From Camelus dromedarius (lineage: Eukaryota): a stretch of 64,000 nucleotides of DNA. A program made the translations under genes and the position numbers. Below, piece by piece: positions 14,214-27,998 of this stretch. The notes below the pieces were generated by a model. The model was not told the origin of the DNA, did not search any database, and saw only the letters and a list, made by a program, of their open reading frames with translations. The stretch lies in the NCBI RefSeq assembly GCF_036321535.1, contig NC_087472.1, positions 98,024,001 through 98,088,000 on the forward strand. The letters are read 5' to 3'. Each line of letters starts with the position of its first letter. The first letter of the stretch is position 1.

Positions 14214-17200
14214 GAATCTGCACTTTGTGAAACTCTAAGGGGTGACTGGGGTTAAGCATTACCTATAAATTATGAGTGTGTGCTGTTAGCCAAAGTCTAA
14301 AATATTACACGATACTATTAGTGCCACCAATGTGCTACTTCTTGAAGTTCCCACATTCAATACCAGAATGGAAATACATTCCATTACTCAAGTTCTGGTT
14401 TTCATTTTCCTTCTAGAGTAGGGACTCTGTTGGTTTCATTCCCTTGCATTCACGCAGAACTAGTACAGTTTTGAGGTTGGCACATTTTTTTTTTCCAGTA
14501 AATTTTCAATCACAATGCAGGTATTAAGAAGATTAACAGCCCTGCCCAGCTCCCTGCAAGTTCCATCACCCCATGTCCTCTTAGCTCTGCTTACCATCAA
14601 GGAATAAAAGTAGGATGTTGCCCTTTTTATGGTTATGGCATATGCTAAAAAGAGAAAATCAGGCAAAGTACTGATTTAGATCAGAGTCCTTTGGTCCTAA
14701 CAATATTAAACAAACATAATCTCTTTTCCCTACATTCTCTGTATGCTTCCATGTAATTGCCACATTAATTTTAAGTTCCATACACATAAGTGTATGGTTC
14801 AGCAAAGTTATCACATGGCAAATATTCAGAAAGCATTACTTTCCAAAGTTTTGTTATTAGGAAGTTGGGTTGGGGGAGGGCTATACCGATGCTTACAAAT
14901 GGTGATTATTTTAAGACAACTATAGTCAGCCTGGCACATCATTTTCTGTTGTTCCCACGCTTGGTCAGATTTAACAAAATGGGAGGCCTTCAACTTTCAC
15001 TACAGGTCTTCCAAACCCAGACCACCTGCTTCTTCCCATTCTCCACATCAAACTTTTATAAATTTACTAATATCCTCCAGTTCAAACTTGGTTGGGTGAA
15101 CTAGATACAAAGGGCTAACTGTAAAGTACAAGGCATCTTAAATTCCATCTAAATTTGGGAGCAGTTCATTCTTAAATTCAATCACTCTCTTGACTCCTTT
15201 GAATAAATTAGCATGATTGAATTTGTTCAGTTAGTATCCCTCCAGCAGCCTTGGGGGCAGAAGTGGCACAGCCAGAAGCAAATGACAAAGTAAACTCAGT
15301 CCAAAAGAGGGGAAATTCTAAAGGAGAATCCAATGGGCTTGAGAATGTAAAGACCAAAGTGCACACTCAACTGTTTAATTAAATCTGCTTCCATATCTGC
15401 TGTAGGTGCTTTCTCCAGAGATGCTTGAGTTTTCCACTGAGTATATATCTGTGTTTTCTTTCACGGTGGGTATTTGTGATATTTTAATTCATGGGCTGAC
15501 TATATCAATACACTGTATTGTATTATCAGCTTTGTCAGATAACACGACGTTCAGTCTTTCGCATGGATTTATTTATGTGGATTTATTTATTTATAAATGT
15601 GACTTTATTCTAGTAAATGTCATGACAGTTATTTTCAAGTCATAAGTGTATGCTTATATTACTGAACTAATCCATTTATCAAACCACATCCCAGGACTTA
15701 ATGGTGATGCATCATCTTAGCATTATTACACTTCTTGTTGAGATTCACTTGTAGTTACTTCTGCTGACTTACTTGACTATCTTACTTGTCCTGTGCAATA
15801 GCTCCAAGTTCTGTAGTTCACTAAGTGAACATATTTTATGACCTTAATTTGGGAGATGTTAATATATTTAAATACCATTATAAAAACTACTGGAAATAGT
15901 TTGGTTTGGTTATGATGATGCAATTTCCATACATAACCACTGCCCAGTAACATTTACTGAGCACCCTGGTGTTCCAAGCCACACAGGTAAGCTTTGAACA
16001 TACAAATGTCCTCAAAGAAACTACAATCCAGTGAGGGGAAAAGGATGTGACCAGAAAAATAAATTTGATTTTGCAAAATCTAAAGAGGAAGGTGAACTGA
16101 TACCAAAGCTCTCTAAAATGTGTTTTTAATTGAAGTATGTCTTAAACTCAGTAAAGAAATACTAGATACATGGGAGTAGATGCATAGGCATGTTTTAGGA
16201 AAGGGGTTATCTACACACATGTCTATGCTAATGGGCAAAACATTTGTAAGGTCAGGGGGAGTCTAGAGTTTTCAACAAGCCTCCAGGTTATTCTGGTACA
16301 TTCTAGTTGAGACCCACTGACTTAGATCAGGATAAGGAGTCTCAACCCCAACTGTACATTAGAATCCCTTGGGGAGCTTTTCTAAATTTTCCCATGTCCA
16401 AGCCCCTGCCTCAGACTTATCAAGCCACAATGCCCAGGATGGAGCCCTGAGCATCAGTATGTTTTAAAAGCTCCCCAGGTTACTCTAACATGCAAACAAG
16501 TTCAGTTGGTTTAGGAGAGATAAGAAACTGCTTATATTTAACTTAGCTGATGTATATAAATCAGCCCTCCTGTCTCATTCTCCTCTTTTTACTGCTCCTC
16601 AGCACTGTGCTTGTAACATATGATTAGATATTTTATTATAATTTTGTAGACAATTCTTTCAAAAGTGAAACTTCACATGGCTTATAAATTATGATTGTAT
16701 AAAAAGACAAAAATAGTTTTAATTGCAACTGCTTTGGAAAATCCAAGATGAATGCTCACTCTAAGAGAGAATGAGTGTTACATCTTACTCAGGATTAGTT
16801 CTTATAATCAGATAAGCCGGATACCATTCTTCTAGAATCTAGGAGGCCATCAGTTGGGACATGGCAATTGCTGCAATTACAAAGCACTTTTGGTTATGTT
16901 TTTTGCTGTAAAGGGATTTCATTGTCAAAACTGCTAAGATTAATAGTGGCTTTTTTTTTCAATTTGGCATCTTGCAGTAGTTTGGTGAATGCCAACCCTC
17001 CCCTTTCCAGAAAATATCAAGTTCTAACAGCTGTGACTCATGTCAAGGGATTCAGCAAGATGCCTTAGCCATCTGCTGGTTTCCTGCAGGTAACCTCCTG
17101 CCACCGTATCTATCAGCCTAGAACTGACAAGCAGAAAGCAGCTTCTAAATTCTCCCCTCCGTTTTGAAACCTTCTCTTCTGGTCCTTCTATTTTTTTTTC

Positions 17201-17251
17201 CTGCCATAATTACCTCCAGGCTGCAACAAAGAAAGCCTCCTCTTCTTTACC

Positions 17252-17364
17252 ATGGTGACCAACCACTCCTGCTCACCCGGGCCTGAGGGGGCTCCTGGGA
17301 TATGAAGCTTTCAGTGCTAAAATCAGAACAGTCCCAGGCAAACCAGGAAGAGTTAGTCTCCTTA
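17252..17364. mobile_element. MER81-like hAT-Blackjack MITE
   Basis: About 113 bp, starts GGTGACCAAC, core TTTCAGTGCTAAAA and GTCCCAGGCAAACCAGGA. Confidence 0.6.
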
Positions 17365-17416
17365 CCTTTATCCAACCAAGCTTGACCTCTTTTGCATTTG
17401 CTGCATTTTCATAGCT

Positions 17417-17600
17417 CAGCAGTTCTCAAACTTCAGCATCAAGCAGAGGTTTGATGGTTAAAATCTTTCTAAAACATAAATTGTTGGGCTGACCCCCAGA
17501 GTTTCTGATTCCATAGATGAGGGGTGGGACCAGGTAATGCCCATTTATCACAAGTGATGCTGATGCTGCTGACCCAGGAGCCACACTTTGAGAACTACTG
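17417..17600. mobile_element. MER5A-like MITE
   Basis: TIRs CAGCAGTTCTCAAA and TTTGAGAACTACTG. Confidence 0.75.
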
Positions 17601-18002
17601 CTAAAGTTCAACATCTGACAAAGGAAACACGAACTTCCTCTAACTATGAAGCTCAGTATCTCATATTCTACTCATGTGCCAACAGGTCCTTTCATACATA
17701 AAACTGCTCTGCTAGGTATTTAAAACTGATACTAGAGGTAGTGATGTTCAGTCCAGGCCTGGGAGAACAGCAGATGCTAAACCAATGCTTGCATGGGGTC
17801 ACTGATTCAAATCTGGCTGTGAGATAATGGTTTCAAGAATGAAAATGTGACTCACGTGTTGCCCTTATCAACTAGACAAAAAAAACAAAAACAAAAACAA
17901 AACACCTGAAGTCTCATATTCACCTCCTCCAAGAGTATCTTTATATTGCATAACTCAATAAAAGAAAACCATCTCATCTACTGTTACCAGAAATATAAAC
18001 TG

Positions 18003-20341
18003 GATGATCACCTCAATAGATGCAGAAAAAACATTTGATAAAATTCAAGGTTCATCATGATAAAAACTGTTACCAAAGTGGGCATAGAGGGAACACAGCT
18101 CAACATTAAAAAAGCTACTTACAGCAAAGCCAAAGCCATCATAATACTCAATGGTGAAAAGTTTAAAGCCTTCCCATTAAAATCTGAAACAAGACAAGGA
18201 TACTTACTCTCACCACTTCTATTCAACAAAGTACTAGAAGTCCTAGCCATAACTATCAGACATGAAAAAGAAAAGGGATCAAAACTGGAAGAGAAGTGGT
18301 AAAATTGTCATTATATGCACTATGTTACTATATATAGTATAGGATATATATTCTATATATAGTATCATTTATTATATATACATATACTATATATATATAC
18401 ATGATATATGTGTGTGTGTGTATATATCTATATATATCTTTATCTATATCTATATATATATATCTCCTCCATAGTGGCTGCACCAATTTACATTCCCACC
18501 AGCAGTGTAGGAAGGGTCCTTTTTCTATATATATTCTACATATAGTATCATGTATGATACTATATATAGAAAACCCTAAAGACTCCACACAGAAACTACT
18601 AGGGTTGATAAACGAATTCCACAGGGTAGCAGGATACAAGATTAACATACAGAAATCTTTTGCATTTCTTTATACTAACAAGGAAATATCAGAAAAGTAA
18701 AGTAAAAAAAAAATCCCTTTTAAAATTACAGCAAAAAAATAAAATACTCAGGAATAAATCTGACCAAGGAGGTGGAAGACTTATATACAGTGAACTACAA
18801 AACACTGATTAGGAAATTAAAGATGATTTAAAGAAATGGAAAGCTATTCCATGCTCTTGGATTGGAAAAATTAATATTGTTAAAATGGCCATGAGACCCA
18901 AACCAATGTACAGATTTAATGTGATCCCGATCAAATTACCCAGGACATTTTTCACAGAACTGTAACAAATAATCCTAAAATTTAGATGGAATCACAAAAG
19001 CAATACTGAAGAAAAAGAACAAAGTTGGAGGAATAACCCTCCCAGACTTCAGACAATATTGCAGAGCTACAGTAATCAAAACAGCATGGTACTGGCATAA
19101 AAACAGATGCATGGATCAATGGAACAGAGAGTCCAGAAATAAACCCACAGACTTACGGTCAATAATCTTCAACAAAGGAGGCAAGAATATACAACAGAGA
19201 AAAAATAGTCTCTTCAATAGGTGGTGTTGGGAAAGCTGGACAGTCACATGTAAATCAATGAAGTTAGAACCCTCCCTCACACCATACACAAAAATAAACT
19301 CCAAACGGCTTAAAGACTTAAACATAAGACACCATAAACCTCCTATAATAGAACATAGGCAAAACACTCTCTGATATAAATTGCAGCAATGTTCCCTGAG
19401 GGCAGTCTACCAAGGCAATAGAAATAAAAGAAAAAATAAACACATGGAAACTAATTAAACTTACAAGCTTTTGCACAACAAAGGAAACTATAAACAAAAT
19501 GAAAAGACAACCTACGGACTGGGAGAAAGTCTTTGCAAATGATGAGACTGACAAGGGCTTAATTTCTAGAATACACAAACAGCTCATGCAACCTAATATG
19601 AAAAAACAAACAACCTAATCCAAAAATGGGCAGAAGACCTAAACAAACATTTATCCAATGAAGACACAGATAAAATACTTAATATCACTAATTATCAGAG
19701 AAATGAAAATCAAAACTACAATAAGGCATCATCTCACACCAGTCAGAATGGTCATCATTAAAATGTCCACAAATGATAAATGCTGGAAAGGGTGTAGAGA
19801 AAAAGGAACCCTCCTAAACTGTTGGTAGGAATGTAAATTGGTGCAGCCACTATGGAGGACAGTACGGAGATTCCTCAAAAAACTAAAACAGACTTATCAT
19901 ATGACCCAGCAATCCCAATCCTCGGCAGATATTTGGGGGAAAATATAATTTGAAAAGACATGCACCCCAGTGTTCACAGCAGGGCTATTTACAATAGCCA
20001 AGACATGGAAACAACCCAAATGGTCATTGACAGATGAGTGGATAAAGAAGATGTTACCTACATATACACACACACACACACACACTGGGATACTATTCAG
20101 CCATAAAAAATAATAAAATAATGCCATTTGCAGCAACATGGATTTACCTGGAGATTGTCATTCTAAGTGAAGCCAGAAAGAGAAAGGAAAATATCATATG
20201 ATATTGCTTATATGTGGAATCTTAAAAAAAAAAAAAAAGGACACAAATGAACTTATCTACAAAACAGACATAGAAAACAAACTTATGGTTACCAGGAGGT
20301 AAAGGGGGTGGGAAGGGATAAATCGGGAATATGAAATTTGC
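18003..20341 (+). mobile_element. L1 fragment, ORF2 RT domain to 3' UTR; frameshifted and inactive
   Basis: ORF-track pieces [23 protein letters not shown] and [10 protein letters not shown] are L1 ORF2; multiple stops and frameshifts. Confidence 0.93.
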
Positions 20342-20517
20342 ACCTCTTGGGGAGTGATGGAAATGTTAGCTATCTTGATTGTGGTGGTGATTTTATTTGC
20401 ATTTACATCTATCAAAATTCATCAAATTGTACATCTCAAATATGTGTATTTCACTGTATAGGAATCATACCACAATAAAGGTGTTAAAAATAAATAAAAT
20501 TTTAAAAAGAAAAAAAA
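20342..20517 (+). mobile_element. Older L1M-type 3' terminal fragment with AATAAA and A-rich tail
   Basis: GTGATGGAAATGTT...TATCTTGATTGTGGTGGTG...TCAAAATTCATCAAATTGTACA...CAATAAAG. Confidence 0.7.
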
Positions 20518-21309
20518 TGTCCTCAAATGACAAATGTTGGACAGGGTGCGGAGAAAAGGGAACCCTCCTATACTGCTGGTGGGAATGTAGTTTGGTGCAG
20601 CCATTATGGAAAACAGTGTGGAGATTCCTTAAAAAACTAAAAACAGACTTACCATATGATCCAGCAATCCCACTCCTGGCCATATATCCGGAGAAAACTC
20701 TAATTTGAAAAGATACGTGCACCCCAATGTTCAAAGTAACACTATTTACAAAAGCCAAGATGTGAAAGCAACCTAAATGTCCATCGACAGATGACTGGAT
20801 AAAGAAGATGTGGTTTATATACACACAGTGGAATACTAATCAGTCATAAAAAAAGAATGAAATAATGCCATTTGCAGCAAAATGGATGGACCTGGAGATC
20901 ATCATACTAAGTGAAGTAAGCCAGAAAGAGAAAGAAAAATATCATATAGTATCACTTATATGTGGAATCTTAAAAAAAGACACAAATCAACTTATTTACA
21001 AAACAGATAGAGACTCACAAACATAGAAAAGAAACTTACAGTTATTGGGGTTGGGGGGAGAGGGGCAGAGGGATAAACTGGGTGTTCAGTGTTCAGGATT
21101 TGCAGATAATAAATACTATATTTAAAATACATAAACAACAAAGTTCTTCTGATTAGTACAGGGAGCTATATTCAATATCTTGTAATGGCCTGTAATGAAA
21201 AGGAATATGTATGTATAAATGAATCACTTTGCTATACACCAGAAATTAACACAACATTGTAAACCGACTATACTTCAATTTTAAAAATCACATTTATTAA
21301 AAAAAAAAA
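20515..21309 (+). mobile_element. Second 5'-truncated L1 3' end, in tandem
   Basis: Encodes [22 protein letters not shown]; full 3' UTR with G-rich tract and poly(A). Confidence 0.92.
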
Positions 21310-21789
21310 GACTAAGATCAAGGAAGCGAAACTGAAGTTTTTTGCCTCCCCAAAAAAACTATACTAGTTCCCTACAGCCTGTCCCTCCACGTGGCTAACA
21401 AGGCCCTCATCTACTACTTCTCCATCTCATCTCCCATCATGCCTTCTTCCCCTGCTCCACATGTGGTCTGTGCCCCAGCAACTGTGACCATCTCACTATC
21501 TGATCCTGCTCTATGCTCTGCTGTGTCTGTTGCCTTTGCACCAGGCAGTACTTTTTCTGCATGTCTCAACCTATGTTCTTTGCCTACAGAATTTTTCCCT
21601 TTCCAAACCCACTCAAATGCCACTTTCACTGTGAAGCCAATGTTGACTCCCCCAGGTAATGACCCCTGCCCTGTGTCTTCCAGGATGCACTGCACACCCT
21701 TCTGTTGCACACTCACCATGATGTCTTAGAAATGACTGGTAACAAGTCTGTCTCTCCCCATTCCTCAAAAGCAAGACTCTTTACAGCAA

Positions 21790-22010
21790 AGATTTACTGA
21801 CTACCTACTGCAAACCAGTCTCTCTTCCAGGCACTTTATATACATTATCACCTTTAATCTTCATGACAACCCTATAGGATAGCCATTACTATTATCTCTA
21901 TTTTGTAGATAACTGAACTGAGGCTTAAATATGCTAAGTAACCCGCCCACGGTTGCAAGTCACTAGTCAGGATTCAAAATCAAAGCCCATACCCTAAACA
22001 ACTACACCTT
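21790..22010 (-). mobile_element. MIR SINE
   Basis: Core ATTATCTCTATTTTGTAGATAACTGAACTGAGGC. Confidence 0.65.
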
Positions 22011-22067
22011 ACCATATTATAAACCCTAGCACTGAACTCAGTACCTGGTAAGCTGCAATGTCTGCGT

Positions 22068-22570
22068 AACTCATCTCCTGCTATATGACAAAGTAGCCCA
22101 AAACATAGTGACTCAAAACAATAAACAATTACTATATCAGAGTTTCTCTGGGTCAGGAATTTGGAAACAGCTTATTCGGGTGGTCTGTCTCAGGGTCTGT
22201 TGTGAGGCTGCTGTCAAGCTATCAGCCTGCGCTGCAATCATCTGAAGGCTTGGCCGGACTGGAGGATCTCCTTCCAAGATGCCATGCTTGTATGGCGCTA
22301 GTCACGGGCAGGAGGCTCAGTTCCTCACATGTGGACCCCTCCACCAGCTTCCTGAGTGCCCTCCTGACACCGTTGCTGGCTTCCGCCAGAGTACACAACC
22401 CAAGAGAGCAAGGTTCTTCAGAAGCCACTATGTCTTTTATGACCTAGCCTCAGAAGTCATATTCCATCATGTCCACTGAATCCTACTAGTTACAGAAGTC
22501 AGCCTGATCCAGTGTTGGAGGGGGCTATACAGGGTGTAAACACCAGGAGGTGAGAATCACTGGGAACTCT
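22068..22570 (-). mobile_element. MLT1-type solo LTR
   Basis: GGGTCAGGAATTTGG, GTCTTTTATGACCTAGCCTCAGAAGTCA. Confidence 0.7.
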
Positions 22571-23335
22571 ATAAATATTAACTGAATAAGTAGAAAAAAT
22601 AAGAATTGCTCTGAGTGTCAGGGTCTCTTCTAGATAATGAGAAGTTTGCAATTGGTGGCCACTGAAGTTTCCTTCTTTCCAGCTCCAAAACTATAGGAGA
22701 CTTTTCAAACTGTCCCCAAAAGAGAATGTCAAGTGGATTCAGGGATTTAATTTCATTAAATTCCAGTAGAGGCCCCAGGCAAGTGAGTATTTGCCAACTC
22801 GGCTCCCACTTTATGGTTTTAGGCAGAGTCTGCAAACTATGAGAAATTCTCCTAGCCTGAAACACAGTTATTTCCTTAACAGCAAAACAAGTCTATGTTT
22901 GATTTCAGGATTAATTCTCTAGTTTCATGCCAGCATAAGCCCAGCCTCCGGACAAAGGCTTAACTTCTGTGGCAGAGTGTCTGTGATTAAACTGAGGCAA
23001 CTAAATCCCTTGCATATAAGAGCAAAGACAATAAAATCATTGGTTTTAGCCCTTAGACCTTGCTTGTTTTCAAGCCAAGGGTTTATTTGTTTAAAGTAAT
23101 TCCTTAATATAATTTGAGACGTATGAAGATCAAAAAACTAATATGGAAATGAGGCATGAGGCAGCTACACTGCAACACTAAATACATGAAATCAATTTTA
23201 TTCTAAAGACTATTCCGTGTTAGTAGAAATGAAAACCAAACATGAGCCATGGCCGTCTTGCCCCCATACCACCACCTGATTACATCCAAAGCAGTCTGGG
23301 AGCTGGGTCAGAACACATCCTCTCGGTGCTCTACA

Positions 23336-23518
23336 CCAGGGACTGACAGACTACAGCCACGGAAACAGTTTTACTGGAGCACAGCCACGGTCATTTGTTT
23401 ATGAACTGTCTATGGCCGCAATGACAAAGTTGAGAATTTGCAACAGAGACCGTACAGCTTGCAAAGCCAAAAACATTTACTATCTGGCTCTCTACAGAAA
23501 AGGTTTGCCAGTTCCTGG
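23336..23518. mobile_element. MER58A-like MITE
   Basis: AAAGCCAAAAACATTTACTATCTGGCTCTCTACAGAAAAGGTTTGCC. Confidence 0.7.
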
Positions 23519-23619
23519 TCCACACCTCTGGCGGCTTCACCTGCGGCAACCTGCTGTAAGCCCAACCGTCTATGCATGCTACATGCTATCCTAAAAATGT
23601 TACAGGGGGGAAAGAGGTG

Positions 23620-24145
23620 TTACTGTTTATGATGAGGTATTATATACATACAGTAAGGCACAATTTTTAATGCTAGAACACAATTAGTTTTTACACATGC
23701 ATCACCAGCACGACCACCTCCCAGATCCAGACCATGTTTCCTGTGCCCCTTCCCAGTCAATATCCCCCAGCAAAGGTAGCCATGAGTTTAACCTCTATCA
23801 CTGAGGTGACAGGTTAGCCTGCCTATTCCTGAACCGTCTATAAAAGGAACACGCGGTGCTCCACTGAGTACGGAGTCAGTGGCATTCTTACATACCGCGG
23901 CGTGGACCCGCATGCCCCTTTTCATTGCTGGGCAATATTTAGTTGTATGAATACACCACAATTCATCTACTGATTCTTCTGTTGATGGAAATGAGGTTCC
24001 TTGCAGATTTTTATGATCGTGAACAGAGCTGCTATGAATATTTGTGCCTGTGTCTTTTCTTGGGCATGAGGATCCATGAATCTTATCAAGAGTGGAATTT
24101 CTGGGTAACGGGAGACATCAACAAACTGCCAAATACTTTTCCAAA
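23620..24145 (-). mobile_element. Old L1M fragment
   Basis: Minus translation QIFIAALFTIIK; degenerate L1 3' UTR. Confidence 0.6.
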
Positions 24146-25599
24146 TTAGTTGTTTCTTAATGTACAAAAATATTGTTTTAATGTACAAAATCTTTTGAGA
24201 GCAAAAGTTCAAAACACATCCCCTCCCCAATCTTCAGATTGTGCCATGCATTCTACGATGGACTGGCTCTCCAGGGACTATCGGTGGGCCAGTTTGAGAT
24301 ACACAAAACCCTGATCTTGGCAATGTGCCTGCAGTTTTCAAATTGATCTTGTTTAATATGACCAAAAACCCTATGGACTAAGTAACCTCAACATGTAGCA
24401 GATGAGGACAAGAGGGGTCAGGAAGGGGAAACGCCTTGATCAAGGTCATACAACTACATCACTGGCACTTAAGGTTTCCCATCAAGGTTCTCGTCATTTC
24501 CCTGCTAAAAGCAGGAAGACCAGTTGTGCATTTATCACAGAGTTAGGGAAGCACACAAGCTTAGGCACCAGTTACCTCAGCTCCTTGTTTTCCTGTTTAA
24601 CCACCTTATCAGTTCAAATATAATTAAATTCTGCAATCGCTTCTGAGTGTAACTCCCCATACAGCAGACTTACATCATTATTCTTTCACACTGTGTGTCT
24701 GAGGACAATGCAACCCAGCTTGACAAGGGTAGAAAAATAAAAAGCTATAACCACCCTGCAAAAATCTACCATTGAAAGATGGCCACAAATCATAGGCATG
24801 GATCTGCAAAAACAAAACCAAAAAACAAAAAAACCTACAGGTTTTTCTATTTTCTTTTCAAACCTCTACTGCATGCTAGCTTAAATGACATAAATCAGAA
24901 AATGATAATGGGAACTGAATGAAATTCTCATAAATCACGTTACTAAGTATAGTTACATCTTAGATGTGAAACCCAATTAAACAGATGGCCACATGCTGTC
25001 AGAATCCACCCTTAATCAATAAAGACGTTCATTTTAGAAAATCACCTCAATTTTTCACTTCTTCAGTGAAGCAGAAAAGAAGGCAGTTGGGGGCTGGGGG
25101 AAGCCCCAGGAAAGTCAGTCGGGAAATGTATAAGAAGGAACTCCACCTGTCTTAATTTGTAGTCCAGAAAATCAGAAAGAGGAGAGAGAAAAAGAAGTCA
25201 CCCACAGGATTCCTTGTCATCTTGCCTGGGAATGTAATTTACAATGAGAGCAAGCACTGGTCATTATGAAAACAGAAACAGCTTGAATCTCTTAATTAAA
25301 ATACTGCTTCAAATTGTTCATTCCAAACCCTCTCTGCTCATGAGATTTTGGGAAACAAGTGGATTACCCTGAAATGGCTGCTTCTTCAGTAAACCTCTGA
25401 GAGGATCAGCTCTTCCCAGATAAGAAAAAGGCTGACCCAGGGTAAATCCTGGAGGCAGAAATATTATTGGGCACACTTAAACCCCCAAAAAACCAGTAAG
25501 TGTTCACTGACACGGGAAAGTGAGTGTGGAAACACTGGTCAAGAGTCTATCTCAATGCTTTTTCTTGCACAAAAAGTGATCTATTATATTCACTAGATT

Positions 25600-26320
25600 G
25601 GTGAAAATTGTCTACCAATGCCTGAAAATGATGAAAGTGAGAATTGATGAAAATATTTCCGTACCTTGGAACACTCATCCTGGAAAACATTTGGTGTTAC
25701 CTGGTAAAGGTGAGTAGTTGCATACCCTACAAGCCAGTAATTCACTCCTAGTGTATACTCCAAACACTTGTTTCAAGGGACATGTACGAGAATATTCAGA
25801 GCAACATTGTTCATAACAGCAAAAATCTCAGGGGGAACACACAGGTCTGTAGAACAGGTAAGTAATCTGGGGTGCGGTCACACAGTGGAATACTACACAG
25901 CAGTGAAAATGAAAAACCTACTGCCCCATGCTACATGGATGAATCTTAAAAACATGTTGGTTGAAAAAACACAGCTGCTTAAGATTACATGCAATATAAT
26001 ACCATTTTTTTATGCTAAAAATGAGTAAATAATAAACAATATACTGTTTAGGAATAAGTGGTTTAAAATTAATTTTTTTAAAAAACAAGAAAATGATAAA
26101 CACAAAAATCAGAAGAGTGGTTACTGCTATGGTGAGCAAGAAGAAAGGGATGGGGAGTAGCACAGGCAGATGGAATGACATCAGGAATGTTCCAGTTCTT
26201 GGATGGGTGGTGGGTTGATAAACATATATTTTATTGTATGTCTTCTTATACACTTTATAACTTTATGGGTTCTAGCATGTTATATATATTCTTTTGCATG
26301 TACATAGTAAAATTTTAAAA
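25600..26320 (+). mobile_element. Old L1M ORF2 end and 3' UTR
   Basis: Translation TCTRIFRATLFITAK...EYYTAVK...ATWMNLKN. Confidence 0.7.
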
Positions 26321-26699
26321 CAGAAAATCTAAAGAACTTTCTATCATCCAGTAAGTTACTCCAGGTGATATTATTCTAATTCATATTATATAAATAACTT
26401 ATAGTATTATAAACAGCAGTTCTAATTAATATCTAGAATATCAGAAATTCCCATGTAGCACAGCTTAGTTCTCAACTTGGAGCTATAGCAAAACATCATG
26501 TTGTGCGTTTTAAATATATAAAATGTTTACTTCTAAATAAAGATTAAATAATAAATATTATACCTCAATAAAGCTGAGGGGGAGAAAGCAATGGTATTTT
26601 CATGATAATAATATACCACCATCTGCTTGCTTTCCTTCAATTCACTACTCTCCCAGACTAGTCTTGCAGAGTCTGCCAGTCCTAAAAATGGCCACACGA

Positions 26700-27270
26700 G
26701 GGCGACTCTAAGGAGATGTGCCTGCTGGGAGTGGGCTGTCCTCTATGGCCAGGGAGTCCTGTCAGGATGAGGGCCAGCACAGAGGACCCATAGCAGGTGG
26801 GCAGACAGGAACCCTCACTGAGAAGGTGACATTCAAGCAAAGATTGGAAGGAAGTGGGAACACAAACCCTGCAAATCACTTGGGGAAGTTTTCCAAGGTA
26901 AAGAGAACCCCTAGTACAAATGCCCAGAGGGAAGAGTGTGTCATGCTCTGGGACAGAGAGGAGACAAAGGCAGCATGGTAAGAGGCCTCCAGGACATTTC
27001 AAGTAATTTGGCTTTTATTTTGTGGGGGGGGATGCTGATAACTGGTTGATTCTGAGCAAAGGAAGGACATGAGATGACTGTAAAACATCTCAAAATGGTT
27101 GCAGTACTATATTTAAAATAGGCTGCAGTACCTCCTCCAAATAGAAATAAATTAATAAACCTAATTACTTCCCCCTCATAAAGAACAGACTGAAGGGGGA
27201 ACAAGTTCGAAAGCAGGGAGGCAAGTGAGAAGGCTGTGATCAGCATCCAGTGAGGAGACGGCAGGGGCGT
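26700..27270 (-). mobile_element. L2 fragment carrying a SINE tail remnant (about 27126-27182)
   Basis: GAGAAGGTGACATTCAAGCAAAG and GAAAGCAGGGAGG L2 motifs. Confidence 0.6.
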
Positions 27271-27832
27271 GGTCAAGGGTACCAAGTCTTTATAAATTCC
27301 ATGCCCCACATTCAACAAAGAGCACAGAGATATGCTTAAAACCACGAGGTTAGATGTGCTCCCCACGCACAGGAGGGAAGGTGGAGACCAGCAGGGGTGC
27401 AGGGGGATGGAAAGCCTGCAAGGGCCTGCACAAGGGAAGCCTGGCCTCCACCACACGTCGCTGCGACCTGAACTTGGTGTGTGTCATCCTCCTGACCGTC
27501 TTCATACTTTTCACTACATATGAATGGACCACCAGACAATACAAACTGTTCTGCTGGCTTTTCAACTTTATATGGTATCACACTCTATATATTTTCCCAA
27601 GTTGTTTTTCCCACACACACAACTTATTATTTGTGAACTTCACCCAAGTTAATACGTGTCACTCTGGCCACTCACTGTCCACTGCAGTATGGCATGCCCT
27701 TGTGTGAAAATGACACATGTGACTCATTTTGCTGCAGAGAGGCATGCTGGTTACGTTCCCTTTTCTGCTATTATAAGAAACACTGCAATGAGCATCCTCA
27801 CATGGGCCTCCTCCTGAGACACTTCTCTAAGG

Positions 27833-27998
27833 CAGCAGGTCTCAAACTATGTTAGAGTCACCTAGAGGGCTTAATAAAACAGATTTCTGAGCCCCCCATT
27901 CAGGGTTTGTGAACAACTGCTCTAAGGTGGGGCCCGAGAATCTGCACTTCTAACAAGTCCCCTTGGGATGCTGTCACAGGACCACACTTTGAGAAACG
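27833..27998. mobile_element. MER5A-like MITE inside an old minus-strand L1M (about 27400-28190)
   Basis: GAATCTGCACTTCTAACAAG...ACCACACTTTGAGAA; flanking CAATTTACATTTCCACCAG. Confidence 0.65.

Noticed and set aside
15400..15900. Possible transposase or pseudogene remnant
   Set aside because: No continuous frame or motif that I can support.
26941..27456. 171-aa ORF
   Set aside because: Spans L2, SINE-tail and L1 debris; no protein signal.
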